Source of the DNA: Tricharina praecox
Taxonomy: Eukaryota
Assembly: GCF_024521635.1 (NCBI RefSeq)
Contig: NW_026250407.1
Span: 496,001-560,000, forward strand
Length of the DNA: 64,000 nt
Direction of reading: 5' to 3'
In this document: piece by piece, positions 25,826-39,409 of the stretch
Layout of the letters: every line of letters begins with the position of its first letter
How positions within the stretch are numbered: the first letter of the stretch is position 1
Translations under genes and position numbers: made by a program
The notes under the pieces: generated by a model
Seen by the model: only the letters and a program-made list of their open reading frames with translations
Told to the model about the DNA's origin: nothing
The model's database searches: none

Positions 25826-28800
25826 TTCCTTTCTTTCGTTTTGTTTTCATTTTCGCCATTTCTTTATCCAACTCTACTCACTCGCAATCTTACCCCCCAG
25901 CGCAGCCTTGGCTGGTTGCATAGAGGCGTGTATGTATGTAGATACTCCAAGAGCCCAAGTGGTGGTGGTCTGGAGGAGGGAGGAGGAGGGCGCATGGAGA
26001 AAACCTCCAGGGTAGCCGGATGTGGCAATCTTCCTGGTTCGAATCCAGCCCCCCGCCGCCCAGCCCATCAGCCCATCCACCTCCACCTCCACCTCCGTCC
26101 GTCCATCCAAGCATCCATCCATCACCGCTTCGCTTCATTCATTCATTTATTTTGCTGCGCCGCATGGATCCACACGCATACGCAGTATTGTTGGAGGCCA
26201 CTCCCTCCTGCCTTCCTATCGGCGACGAAGCCGAGGTCTACTCTCCCTTCCCTTCCCTCTAGCAAGGCGAGTGAGTGTGGGCGCTGGCCAGCCGCAACGC
26301 AACGCAACGCAAGCAATCTACCCTACATAACCACCCTCTAACTACCCCGCTTATCATCAACTGCGGAGTCCGGACGGTGCATACATATCGCATATCGTGG
26401 CTTGCGGGGATCCGCCGTCGCCGCCGACGGGGATGGGAAAAAGTGTTGCGCTCCGTCGTCGTCAACGCCACCCCCGATCACGAGCCAAGCCTTCACCACC
26501 ACCACGACCACCACCTCCACCTCCCCCACCGAAGTGCCCTGCACTGCACTGCACTGCCTTACATACCACATACCGCTATCTCCATACCTACTAGGTACCC
26601 AGATAGGTAGATGGTTACATACCTCCTCCCCTCCCCTCCAGAGTAACTACCTGGTAGTTAGCCTGCGCTGGTTTTGTATCCCATGGTTACTTACCCAGAG
26701 GTAGGTATGTCCATTGTCCTGCGGAGCTTGCGGTACGAGTACTAACTACGGTATATAGATTGCTTGCAGCGCAAATGTACCTACTTGGGCAAGGTCATGA
26801 CAAGCTGAGTCCAAGATACCGATACCGATACCGGTATCTATGTATGTACATACATACGAGGAAGCGTTCCTTCCTTCGGACATCAGGATCCGTTGTCTGG
26901 CCTGCTCTGCTGACGCGCGAGGGGGCGTGACGGCGGGGTAGTGGTGGTTTCAACTTTCCCGGCTTGTGCGGGGGGATATCAGTGATGATAGGTAGATATC
27001 CCTTGGTTTCCCCAAACTATCCCGCCACACCAGGAGCTTCTACCTACCGCACAGCAGCCCCGCGAGTCTTGCATCCTTCATACATACTACTGTATGGGTA
27101 TGTATGTATGTAGGTAGGCCACGGGTGCACTCGGTAAAGTGTGTCAGAAACTGCCGCCGCCGCTTGTGTCTTGTGTCTTGTGTGGTGGACTGTCCAGTCT
27201 TGACCGGGCGAAAATCACTCGCTCTGCTCAGTGCTCATGGATCAAGCTACCCATGATAGGCAAAGACTACCAAGTCACGGTGGTTGTTTATTTATACACA
27301 CACCTGTCACCTAACTACATTCTACGGCCCACGGTCCACGGCGATACAACGTTGAACATTGAACAAACACCCATTGCTTTCCTTTCCTTTACTGGGTTCG
27401 AAACAAGTGCTCTCTGTACATGATTAAAGAACCTAGATGTCTTTCCTTACGTGCTCTCTAGGGTCTGGAGTGCGCGGGGTAGAGCCTTTGCTCGCCTTGC
27501 TCGCCAGCCAGCTTACTCTATCACTCCATCACTCCATCACTATCACTCTATGACTCCACCACTGCATCCCTCCACCACGTGCTCCACCACCACTTCGCGG
27601 CGAATGCCGCCTGTCCGCTGCACTATCCCTCTTCCCTCTCCCCTCTCACCTCTCCCCACTTCGCGGCTGATTGATAACTCATGTATCTACTCTTACTTAA
27701 CTACTGCGTACTCTATCGCTGAGTCAGCAGGCCTCGGGCGCATTGCCGAGACTCCCGGCCGTTATACTATACTATACATAGCACGTTTTGCCATCGCCAC
27801 CACCGCCGCCCGCCCGACCGACCGACCGACCGAGAGAGAGCGAGCGCATTCCCGCGCAAGCCACCACTTATACATACTAGAGAGGTAGAGTAGGTATGTA
27901 AGTTGGTAGTGCATAGAACCCGCGGGTTCAAGCCTCACATGATATTTGATCCCATCGTCGTACATAAAGGCAAAGGCAAGGGCAAATTGGATTCGTACCG
28001 TGCCGTGGCGTGCGCCGGTAGGTACCTCCCCTCGCTCCGGCTCCAACCGGCCCTCCCCTTTCCACCTGCTCGAGTCGAGCCCGATGGGGCGGAGGGGGGC
28101 GGAGCGGAGCGGAAAGAGGTTACCAACTTACCATCGCACCGGCGAGGTGGAATATCTTGACTGTATAGTAGATTACGCACTCGTTGCCACCCGGGTAATT
28201 ACCTCTCTCTCTCTCTCTCTCGCTCTCCAGTCTGCGCTCCTGGAGCCTGGAGGAAACTCGGTCGCGTATGTACGGCAGTCACGTCCAGCCGCTGCAAGGT
28301 AGGTGAGAGTTTGGTGTGTGCAAAAAGTGGATCTGTTTTTGCGAGTCGATACGAAAACAGCCAACCAGCTAATCAGCCAACAAAGTCAAGTCGGCACCTT
28401 GGGTTTCTTGGCTGGCCTGGCTGGTCTGGATGGCTGGCTGGTGTACATACATGCATACGTACATCCACCCATCCATACATAAGTAGGTAGATTGAAGATG
28501 TGGATGTGGATGTGGATGTGGATATGGATGTAGATATGGATACCGTATGGATGTGGACATGGATATCATGGATATGGATGTAGATGCCTGCCTGCCTGGC
28601 TGCCTGCCGCAAGGATCGTTGTGCATACTGAATGAACGGCTGTCATGAAATTGCACTCAGGAACCGAAGCCTGGCTGCCTGCCTGATTGCCTGCCTGCAA
28701 TCGGCGGCTGGCCACTGGAGAGATATCCAACCGCATGGCGAAAAACAGTCATCGAGAGGGCGGGAGAGAGAGAGCCTACTGCTGGGGGCCTGTGGCGACT

Positions 28801-31800
28801 GCTGTGTTCGGGCTGGACTTAGAGCCTAGGTAGTTGAAGATTTATCGCCGCGCGTCCGCTGGACAATGGGCACTCCTCCTCCTCCTTCCATAAGGTAGTA
28901 CCGTGGAGGTGGTGGTGTTGGTGGTCGAGGTGGTGGAGGTGGTGGTGGCACAGCTCTCGCTCACTCGCTTCAAGTCCAAGTTCAAGCCCAACACTGCCTG
29001 CTGCTTGCTGACTGGCTGACCCTTAAACCCCAAATCCGCACTTTCCCAGTCCATCTGACTCCACCTGACGAAAAAGAGGGGTTCTTTTCCGCACTTTACC
29101 TGCTTTTCGACACTTTGCCCTTCATTTCCGCACTTCGCACCTTTGGTATGTCCGGGTTCCCGGATGAGCTCGGAGAATAAGAATGAGAATGGGAATCGCC
29201 AAATCGCCCAATCGCTCAGTCGTGTCCGGCCGGAAACGGAATCTGCTCGGTTGCCAGCCTCTGTTGTCGGCCGGCCTGTCAGCCCTCCAGCCAGCCAGTC
29301 AGCCAGCCAGCCAGCAAGCCACAGGCCCAAAAAATGTTTAGCCCCCATCCCAATTCCAATGCTGTTTCTGTTTCCGTTTCTGTTTGCATCCGGACGGCGG
29401 ATGGAATTCCTACATACATACCCTGCACAGTGCAAGGTCGTTTGGCTTTTTTTTCCTTCTGTTATATATCTACACCTTAGAGGAGGCTTGAGGCTTGGAG
29501 AGGAAAATGTACGTACCTAAGCAAGCCACAACTAGTCACTAGAGTGTCTAGATTATCAACTTGGCTAGGTGGGTACTTACATGCTAACGAACGACACGAA
29601 GGCTGAAACCGGTACATGACCAAATGTTGATGCAAGTACGCGCGTAACTACTCTTTTACTCTACGGCCACGAATGCTGCTGCTGGGACGTTCTAGGTAGG
29701 TATGGAGGAGATAACTGGTGCGAGGGCTCTCAGAGCAAGAGCAAGAGCAAGAGTAAGACTGAGACTGAGACCGAGAGAGCATCAAGCCGCCATAGCATAT
29801 GACCTGCCTAGGTAGCCAGACCAGAGCAACCCCACCGGGTCTACCCCATAGATAATTACCGCAGAACCGATGGGAGGGTAGTAGTTGTACCTACTCCACA
29901 TAGCCAGCCTCGCTGGCCGGCCCAATGACCGAGTGACAGCCGATGAGTGCCTGGTGATGTTGCGAAAGAGCTGCTCAGTCTGAAGGCTAGCTGACTGACA
30001 CGCAACTCCGTGCGCCCCTCCCCCCCTCCCCACACCCGAAGATTCTGAAACGCCGGTTTCCCCCTTTGGCGTCATGCAATGCAGCCACTATTTATCCCTC
30101 AAGGGGAGGGGCAGGAAGGGGGGAAGGATGTGGAGGGGGAGGGAGGTTCCGGATTGGAATACCGATACCATGTGTGTTGCTCGATCGATCACTCATCATT
30201 CGGGCCTGCTTTGGTTGGGTTGTGTTAGTTACGTGGGGCTCCCTGCCTTAGTATAGGTAGTAGAGTACTCGACGGAGTTGTCCGTGTCCGTGTCTGTCCG
30301 TGTGCGGGAGGGTGTGCCGAACGGAGAACCCCGGAAGGCTGGCTCAAGGGGGTGATCGGCAATGGGCATCCTCCCTCCCGATCATTACCGTACACGGCGA
30401 TGCGTGACGGCACCGCCGTGTAGAGTAGAGTACGGTGCTTTTGTAATAGGTACCACTTCCTAAATTTCCAATGTCCATGACGCTCGTTCGAGGGAAGGGG
30501 GGGAAGGGGGCGGTCAATGGTCATTCATCGGTGACATTGTACTAGCTAGTGCCTCCCTATGATGCCCCAGAGTTCAGATACCGTAGATCGAGCAGCACGG
30601 CGGCCGATGGAGTCGAAGGAATACCTACAGAGGTACTTATGCATGACTTATGCATGTACTCCACACACATACCTTATAACTCGAGAGAGTACGCTCGGAG
30701 CCGATCAAACGGTCTCTCCTCTCCGTCGGGTATGTATATGCATGCCTAAGTTTTTCCTGTTGGAACTTGGCTCCGCCTGCAGTGCCCAGTGCTCAGGGCC
30801 CAGTGGCCAGTGGCCCAGTGAGCGACGAGCGACGAACATTCCCATCGGGACGGCTCCAGCGAATCGATACTCTCGGGATGGATTGGCATCCCGATGCGGC
30901 AGAAGATTATCCGACTGTTTTTTTTACGGTGGTGGTTGTGGTGGTTGTGGTGGTTGTGGTGGTGGGGCAAAAGGGCAAAAGGCAAATGCAAAGGGCAAAA
31001 GACAAAGTGAAGGGGGGTGACTCGGTGGTGCATGCAAGAGGTCCGAGGCATCCATCCAGCCATCCAGCCAGCCTACCTACATACAGACCTCATCGACATC
31101 GGCCGTCCTTCCCTCCCCCTCCCCCTCCCTCTCCCTCTCCCTCCACTCCACTCCTTCCATCCTGCGTGTGTGCGCTTGCAGCAGCGCATTTGCTGCATCT
31201 TGGTAGATACGACCGAATCGCTATCCATCCGCATCGTCGTTAACTAGGCAGCTAGCGGCAAGACGCCGAACGCCTTACTGCTGCTCCCTCCCGAGTCCCC
31301 AGATCCGACGCGGGACTTCACTTTTCGTCCACCACCAGCCACAGCTAACTATAGCTACAGCCACAGCTACGAAAGGCGAAAGGCGAGACACTGCCAAGGT
31401 TCGGTCAGCTGCACGGGGTAGAGCACCAAGTACATCACCACTCTACGGGCATAGGTATGATATGCAGGCATCCTCCTCCCACGGGTTGCGGTCCAACTGC
31501 CATTGGCCCCCTTGATCATAGTCATAGTTACCGTGGTATATCTACCGCAGAAGAAAAAAAGAAGAAAGAAAAAAGATAGCGAAACTCAAAACTCGCTCTG
31601 GGCGTAAAACGGTGGGGGAAAATCAATTGCTTGCTTGCTTTTCTTTTTTTGATTAACTCGCGAGTCCGAAACGGTTTGCGGCGAGGGGGGGATATGCGAG
31701 TACTCAACTATGGCACTTGGATTGGCGATTGAGCGATGCGCATGCCACCGGCACTCTGGTGGAGGGGGGAGAGGGGCGCTCCATCCCATCATGATCCAGC

Positions 31801-32854
31801 GTTCCGTCTCGCTGTCTCGCACCTACATACCGGTCCCTACTCTAATAGCCATCGTGCGGTGCGCACGGGAGAGCTCGTCCGCCCGCGTGTTCGCTGTCGA
31901 TTCTCCTTACCTTGCCTTGCCTTGCCTTGTCCTCGTGTTAGCCACGCCTCTGCGTTCCGTTGGACAGCGATTGAGTGAATGTGTGATGAGTGATTGAGTG
32001 AGTGATGGATGACGCCGTCCCGATCACGAATCGTGAGGACGTTCGTTCCGTGCGGTCGACGGACGACGGTCGACGGTCGACGATCATCCCTCGGCGCCCC
32101 GCCAGCTGACCTTCCGCGAAAAGTCCCGATCATCACCACTCGAGTCGCCAACTTTACATATGACAACGAATTGTGTCGATCGCGGAGCTAGAGCCGCTGT
32201 TGCGTGTTGCGTGGGTGGTTGGTCGGGTTGGCGGGCGTGTGTGAGAGAGAGAGAGAGGTGTGTGTGAGAGTGTGGGTGTGAAGAGTTGTGTCTGTGTGTG
32301 TGCGACCTAGCATCCGCCGCTAGTTAGCCATGTAGTTCCTTTCGCTCGTTCGCCCGCTCGCTCGAACCCATCCATCCATCCCCCCCAAATCGTGGGTTGT
32401 GGCCTTTGCTGTGAACCGATATAGAAACGTTGGGGTCACTCCGATCCCTGCCCCGCGCCCCCCTAGCCAGAATGTGAGAGAACTGAAAGAAAAAAAACAT
32501 ATCCATCCGCGATGGGGTTTACGCCAGCCTATCACGATAGCAGAACTCGCTAACTAACTAAAGTCACTAAGGACTTCTTACTTGCTTTAGCACCTCCCAG
32601 AGGGAACGACGATGTCCCCATTCGACGATGCCATTCGACGATGCTTCCCCCCCATTCGACCGTCCGCCACACACACAAGAACACACACACAAGAACACGG
32701 CACCCACATACTCAGACACTCAAGTCTCACACACTCATTCACACTGACACAGCGCGCAGCCAGCCAGCCAGCCTCCACATCCACATCCACATCCACATCC
32801 CACAGCATGTCCAAACGACTTCCTGCAGACCAAGAAGTCCACCAGTGGAGCCTA

Positions 32855-32966
32855 CATACATACCTCATATCGTTCATACATACCTCATATCGTTCATACA
32901 TACCTCATATCGTTCATACATACCTCATATCGTTCATACATACCTCATATCGTTCATACATACCTC
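32855..32966. repeat. 20-bp minisatellite, 5.6 perfect copies (CATACATACCTCATATCGTT)
   Basis: Read directly; no spacers, so not CRISPR-like. Confidence 0.96.
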
Positions 32967-35900
32967 GCACGCACGCCCGCCCGCGTCCCCTCGGACAATG
33001 CCGAAATGTCCTAGCCATGGCCCATGACGCCGGGGAAAAGCCACTATCATAGCATGTATGGCGCCCACCAACATTGGCAGGTTTGGTTTCCGTCGCATCC
33101 CCGCCCTGCAGCATCTCGAGGTGGGCGGCATGTGGAGGGCATGTGGAGGTGCTATAGGTATGTACATACCTCGAATCCTCAACCGTGGGTATGGCGGATC
33201 GACTCGGTGCATCCGTCGATGATGACGATTATGATGATGTTGATAATGATGAACTGCACACGGATTTACGCCGCGTCCACAATGGCGACCGTCCCTCGCG
33301 GCACTGTTCACTGCGAGTACTCTACCTATAGCACCTATAGTACTCTACCTACGGTACCCAGCAGATACCTGCCGCTGCCGGAAGATTGGATGTGAGGGGC
33401 ACTGGTGACTGGAGGGCGCGCGACGCAGGCGCTCCCTGAATTGAATGACGATGGCTTCGATACCGGGAAAGTGGGCATGGGGGCAGGAACATCCAAGACC
33501 GGACCGCAGCAGCAGAAAGGAAGAAAAAAAATTAAAAATGTGACGGGTCGACGGACGGAGAGAAGGCAGCAGAGTGGAGATGGGAAGCTTTAGTTACATA
33601 TGCTACTTACATATCATACATACCTCCTCCTCAGCAGCAGCAGCAGCACCAGCGAGATCCAGGATCCCGAACTTGAGACACAGCCCAGCAAGACGAGACA
33701 GGTCCGGCAAAGGATCGCCACCTGCCACTCCCCTCGTGCCGGTGCAAGTACATAACCCCCCTTCCCCGCTAGTTAGTTGGTTGCGAATGCCGATCACGGA
33801 GAATGCCGTCTTGGTATCGTTGTCGTCGTCGTCGTCTGCGTCTCTCCGTCCGTCTCGACGCAACAAAGGAATAAACCCAACCCACAGCATGACATCACGA
33901 TGCATCCGCGCACCGAACAAACAAAACAACATCCGTTGCTCTACGGTACATACTGGTGCAGGGTCCCCAGGTCTTAGCAGCAGCACAGCAGCACAGCAGC
34001 AGCAGCAGGAAACTCTCCCACTGTCCGACTGCCCGTGCTACTACATACGACATACTCTATATTACATACCGGTACGGGTTGTCAACTATCTACTGGGTTA
34101 CATACATGGAGTACCACATACATGTGTACCAGCACCTGCCACCACCACCACCACCACGAGCTCCGCCGAGCGGAGCTTAGTTCACGCTGAACCCTTCAAC
34201 CTTTCCCTTGCATGTCGGTTCTTTGATGGATGCATGGTTGATGGTTGCTCAGGCTTGTGGGCAGGTACTAGGTAGCGCCCCGGCAACGGACTTGTGGTCC
34301 GGGTCAGCACTGCGTTCTGAGCCCCCCCCCCCCCCCCCCTTCGCGGCAGTAGCTGGGTATGATAGGAATTCCAAGTACCAGCGTATCTACTCTACTGAAT
34401 CTACTCTAACTACTGCCTGCTCTAACTGCTCTACCTCCTCTCCCTACCCTTGCTTGCGCAACCCCCCCCTCTAAATAATCCCCCGTCGTCGCGGTATTTG
34501 TTTACCCTATGTACCTTGTCCCTCTGGTCTCGCGCTGCATAGATATAGGCATGTATCATTGCATCCTGCTAACCGCGCCAGCAAGAGATGCAAAACGAGA
34601 TGAGCGCTGCTACAACCAGAGGTCTATTGATATCCGGCGACTCGGTGGGCATGAGTACACATTGTACACTACACTACACACGCCACACTGCTAACTAGCA
34701 CAACCACGATGCCTTGGCCAGCACATCGCGAGTCGGGGAAGAAGGAGCAGGAGGGAGCAGGAACGAAGCACCAACTCCAGATAAGTCTATTGCTCTAGCG
34801 ACGTCCTGTCGTGTGGCTCGGGATACCCGAGGCCCTAGTCAACCACCACAACCACAGCAACCAGCTAGTCGGAGTCGGAGTAGTTAAGGTTAACTAACAT
34901 TTGAAACCCTCCCACTCGCTGCCTTGATTCGATACAAGGGGGTGGGCCCGGTGGGGGCAGGGCGACTGCTCTACTCTACTCGCATACAGGACTACCTATG
35001 TTTGGCGGTGGGACTACATACAAAAGTATCTATCTACAGTAACTCACATACTTCCCTACGTACGTATGTACCTACATCTACGCGGCGTCCCCGTGTGGCG
35101 GCGAAGCCTTTCGCATATTGTCTGTCCATCCAGGTTGACATTGGCATGTTTCAACAAGGGTGCGCCCAAAAAAAAAAGGGTGTCGGGACTCAGCAGCCAC
35201 GACGTCCGGCGGCGGGCGGCAGGATGATGTCAGCGTCCGCGAAACCCTTCAGCCACACGTTCAATTACCTACATCCACATACTCTACATATTGACATATC
35301 CGCAGTGGCCCCACGGACGGATGTATAGATATCTATGGTGAACGTGATCACGAATATGGCCCCCCCTCCACTCCACCCTCCACCCTTCTCAATCGATCTG
35401 TCGCCGCAAAGTCCCCTTTGAGCGCCTCTCAGGCTCCTCTCCCTCGCTAGATAGCTAGCTACCTAGTTTATTCCCGCAATTGAGATGTGATATGTGTATC
35501 ATCCCTCCCTTTACCAGAGTACCTACTCTAGAGTACACCCTGTGAAAGAACAAAGGAAGGAACGAACCCTTCCTTTCGCTGATCGCACTCCCAGCCACCG
35601 CTAATTGGTCCGGAAGTCTCTTGCGCGCTTGTCTCCCTGCGCACCCTAAATCGCAAATTCCCCACCGTCCATCAGAGGAGTGGGAGCACCCCCCCTCCCC
35701 CCCCCACAACCAGATAAACCCCTGCAAAACAACAAGCAGGCAGAGGCAGGCAAGCAGGCAGGTAAGAAGCAAGCATGCGTACCTACCTCCCTAGCTAACT
35801 GTGCTATGCTGCTCCTGCATGCCATGCCATGCCCTTTACCTTCGCCTTCACCTTTCACCTTCACCATAGAATACCTTTCCCTTAGATGGATCCCCGGGGG

Positions 35901-38434
35901 CAGGCAAAGCAAACCAGCAGAAGGGTAGCCAGCCCACGACCGAACCAGCGAACGAACCAACGACCGAACCAACCAACGAACGAACCGGCGAACGAACCAG
36001 CGAACGAACCAACCGGCGACCGGTTATCAGAAACAGCCACATAGGATGTATCTCGATTTCGCGTCTAGTTAGTTAGCTAGCAGTAGTGGATTGTGGGTAG
36101 TGGGTAGGGTAATGCGTATCTGGTGGGTTGTTGGCTCGCGGTGCTGCGGCCGTGTACCGGTCGGCAGGCCGGCTCGCTCGCTCGCTCGCTCGCTGATGGG
36201 AGGGGACGGGGGGACAAGCACAGAAAGACCCTGTGGCTTGCTTGCTTGCTGGATGGCTTGCTGGCCGCTGGCTGGTAGGCTGGTAGATATTATCGTGGCC
36301 TGTGGCCTACCACACACACACAGATGGAGACAGACACACAGAGAGACACACGCACACACGCACACTGCCGGATCGATCCCCTCCATCGTCAGCGTCAGGT
36401 GCATTCCTGACCTTTCCCAGATCTACATACCGAACGTACGTAGAGTATGTGCGACACAGGACGCAGCTTCACCAGCCGTACACCATCCACAATCCATACA
36501 CTATCCGTAGAGTACTGTACATACGCTTCCTGTCTGTATCGAGTCTCGTCTCGTCTCGTCTCCTCTCGTTGAGGAGGACCAACCAATCCTTCGTTTATTC
36601 CCCGTCCGGCGTTCGTTCGTTCGATCTTTGGAACTTATGATACCTCGTCCCGACTACCGGCCATCGTGCACCGGTCAATGGCCGTGTATGATTCAAATTA
36701 TGTGTAGAGTAGAGTGTGTAGGGTGCGTAGAGTATGTAGACTGTAGAGTGTGTGGACTGTCGAGTGTGTGGACTGTAGAGTAGAGTAGAATATGTAGACT
36801 ATGCTTGTAGACTATGCGCGTGTGCGTTTGTGCGTTTGTGCGTTTGGGGGTGAGCGTGAGCGTGAGTGTGAGTGCGTGAGTGCGTGTGTATGAATATGTG
36901 TGTGGTATGTGTTTGGGTAGGTGTGTATGAATATGTGTGCGGTATGTGTTTGGGTAGGTATGTATGCAATGCGGATGGAAAGACGACCTACATACCATAC
37001 ATGACATACATGATGGATGATGGAGTATCTGCATCTCCACACTGCCCGCTTAACTGCCTGTCGGCCGGCTTGCTGCTCGTTCCCGTCTGGGGGAAGGGAA
37101 GGGGAGCATATCTGGAGTATCTAGGTACATGCCTTTGTACCTTCAGATCTACATACCTTCCTTCATCTTCATATCGACATACCTTCATACCTATAGACTT
37201 ACTTGGCAACCTACTCACCTACACATAGGACAGCCTTGGGCCTTCCTCCCTCACCTCCATCCATAAAACCCGAGCTATGGCTGGATGCCTGGATGTCTAC
37301 ATGTCTGTCTGGCTGTCCAACTGTCTGACTGATTGACTGTCTAGCTTTCTAGCTGCCTGTCTATCTGTCTTTCCGGCCGGTGTAAATAGTGCATAGTGTG
37401 TGCCTGACGAGAGCCCTCACTCACTCACTCACAAGAAGCAGAAAAAGCAAACCCAAAGCACCTCGAATCGTGCCCACTGTCCAATGGCTTATGTAGATAC
37501 CGTAGCTGGCAGCTGGGTTGCACACTGCCTTGCACACCAGTATTCGAGACGTTCCTTCCCCATGTAGTATACAATACATACAGCGTGTGCACGATGGAAA
37601 ATCCGTGATCATGATCGCAATTGTGATCGTGTTGAACTCCGAGCTTTTCTTTTCTCCAAAAAACTCCTCGTGCATGATATGCCCCACGGCTTCCCAACCC
37701 AACGACCTACATACACATATACATAATACGTACATACGCTATGATACATACTACATGGCTGATCCCGCCCAGCCTGGGATCACCCGTCTGTCCTACATCC
37801 ACATGCGTCCCCCATACATACCAAGACTGCGACTGCGAAGAAAACGGAAACAAAAAAAATATGACGCCCACCCCCAAAACCCAACCCAACCCAACCCAAC
37901 CAACCCAACCCAACCCAACCCAAACCGAACCCGAGCCCACGATACATAAGGAAAGATCGTCAGATACATTAAAGTTATTTTGACGCAGATACGGCAAAGT
38001 CGCATTTAGATTGGCGTAACCACCATATGTTGTAACCACACACACAACATAAGAAAGGATACAAGCCGAAACCTTTTTTGAAAGAAAGAAATACCCCCAG
38101 ACATCACAGGAAATGAATAATAAATAAAATAAAAAACCCCCAGTACATAACGCCAAAAGCCCCCAAGTAAACCGCAGAGTACCATCGTAGCCAGACCCTC
38201 CAAAAATATATAGATAGAAGAGAACGACATTACTGCGTTAAAGACGAAAGAGATGACGAAAGAAAAAGAAAAAAGTATCGGGCGCAAATATGGACAGACG
38301 AATGCAAGGTTTGTCGACAAAGGAGAGAGGCTGTCGTGCACAGCACCGGAAGCAACAAAAACCGTAGCGCATCTTGGTGCGGACGCAAGGTTGTTGAGCC
38401 CGACTCAGATCGCCATAGTGTGGAATGACGGCAT

Positions 38435-39409
38435 TCATGAATATCCGGAACACGCAACGTTTGCCAGCGCTGTCAGTCCGCCATCGGAGCCGAACGGTTC
38501 AAAGTAATTCGCGTACATGTACGGCGAAGGGACGTTGTAGCAGTGAGTGGGCTGCAGTGGTGTGGAATGTGTCGTCTGGATGGGAGTTTCGGCCGGTGTT
38601 CCGATCGTCATCTGGGGCGCCGGCGATGTCTCGGATAGGGTGAGATCGTTGGTCCGCTGTGAGGATACCGTGTCCGTCGACATCCTTCGCTGCGAAGATA
38701 GCGTTTCGGTCGACATCCTTCGCTTCCTGGCAGCACGCTTGTTTCCGGAGCCGCTCTGGTGGGTGCGATAGTGTTGCATGCAGTTGTCCTGCCTGCTGAA
38801 CCGTGCCGCGCAACCGGCATCGGGGCAGACGTAGTTCTTCTCGCCGGTGTGGATGCGGGTGTGGCGCGCAAGATGGCCGGACGTGGTGAAGGACTTACCG
38901 CAATGGCAAGTGTAGCGGCGGGATGACCGCTTCATCGCGGGGGTGGCGACGGTGGTCTTTGGCGAAGGCGGTGTCGAGATGGTGGTGGCGTGCGTGCTGG
39001 TTGGCGACAAGCTACCGTCCACCGAAGCGGCGGCGCCCATCACGGCAGAAGCAAGTACTGGGGAGCCCATGTCGGAGCCGTATCTGGTGTTGAAGATCAC
39101 AGTCTCGGGAACGGGCAGTAGCTTGTCGAGCGGCGGGAGGTGCATGTCCGGAGGCGTCTTCGGAGAATAGAGACCCTGGGAGGATACGGTGGCGAGCGAC
39201 GAAGTGGAGGAGCAGGTGGAACCGATCGAATCAGCTCGGAGGGGAGCGTACGGCCGGCGATAATCGGGCGACGGAGGAGGCGTGGGAGAACTGGAGGCGT
39301 ACGAAGGGGAAGGGTAGTCGAGTCCGTCGGCAAGCTTCTCGTCGGGCTCGCCGCAAAGCAAAGACACTCGTCGGCCAGACGAAGTGGTAACAGCCCAATG
39401 GGGGTCCAT
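38435..39409 (-). CDS. NRG1: C2H2 zinc-finger transcriptional repressor, Nrg1/Nrg2 family
   Basis: 324-aa intronless ORF. Two fingers, [50 protein letters not shown], match the Nrg1 signatures [10 protein letters not shown] and FSRxDNCxQH; C-terminal LTALANVA motif. Confidence 0.9.
   Translation of the reverse strand: MDPHWAVTTSSGRRVSLLCGEPDEKLADGLDYPSPSYASSSPTPPPSPDYRRPYAPLRADSIGSTCSSTSSLATVSSQGLYSPKTPPDMHLPPLDKLLPVPETVIFNTRYGSDMGSPVLASAVMGAAASVDGSLSPTSTHATTISTPPSPKTTVATPAMKRSSRRYTCHCGKSFTTSGHLARHTRIHTGEKNYVCPDAGCAARFSRQDNCMQHYRTHQSGSGNKRAARKRRMSTETLSSQRRMSTDTVSSQRTNDLTLSETSPAPQMTIGTPAETPIQTTHSTPLQPTHCYNVPSPYMYANYFEPFGSDGGLTALANVACSGYS

Noticed and set aside
25980..26060. tRNA gene
   Set aside because: Only a T-arm is present; no cloverleaf can be formed.
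32855..32966. CRISPR-like array
   Set aside because: Head-to-tail repeats without spacers, in a eukaryotic context.
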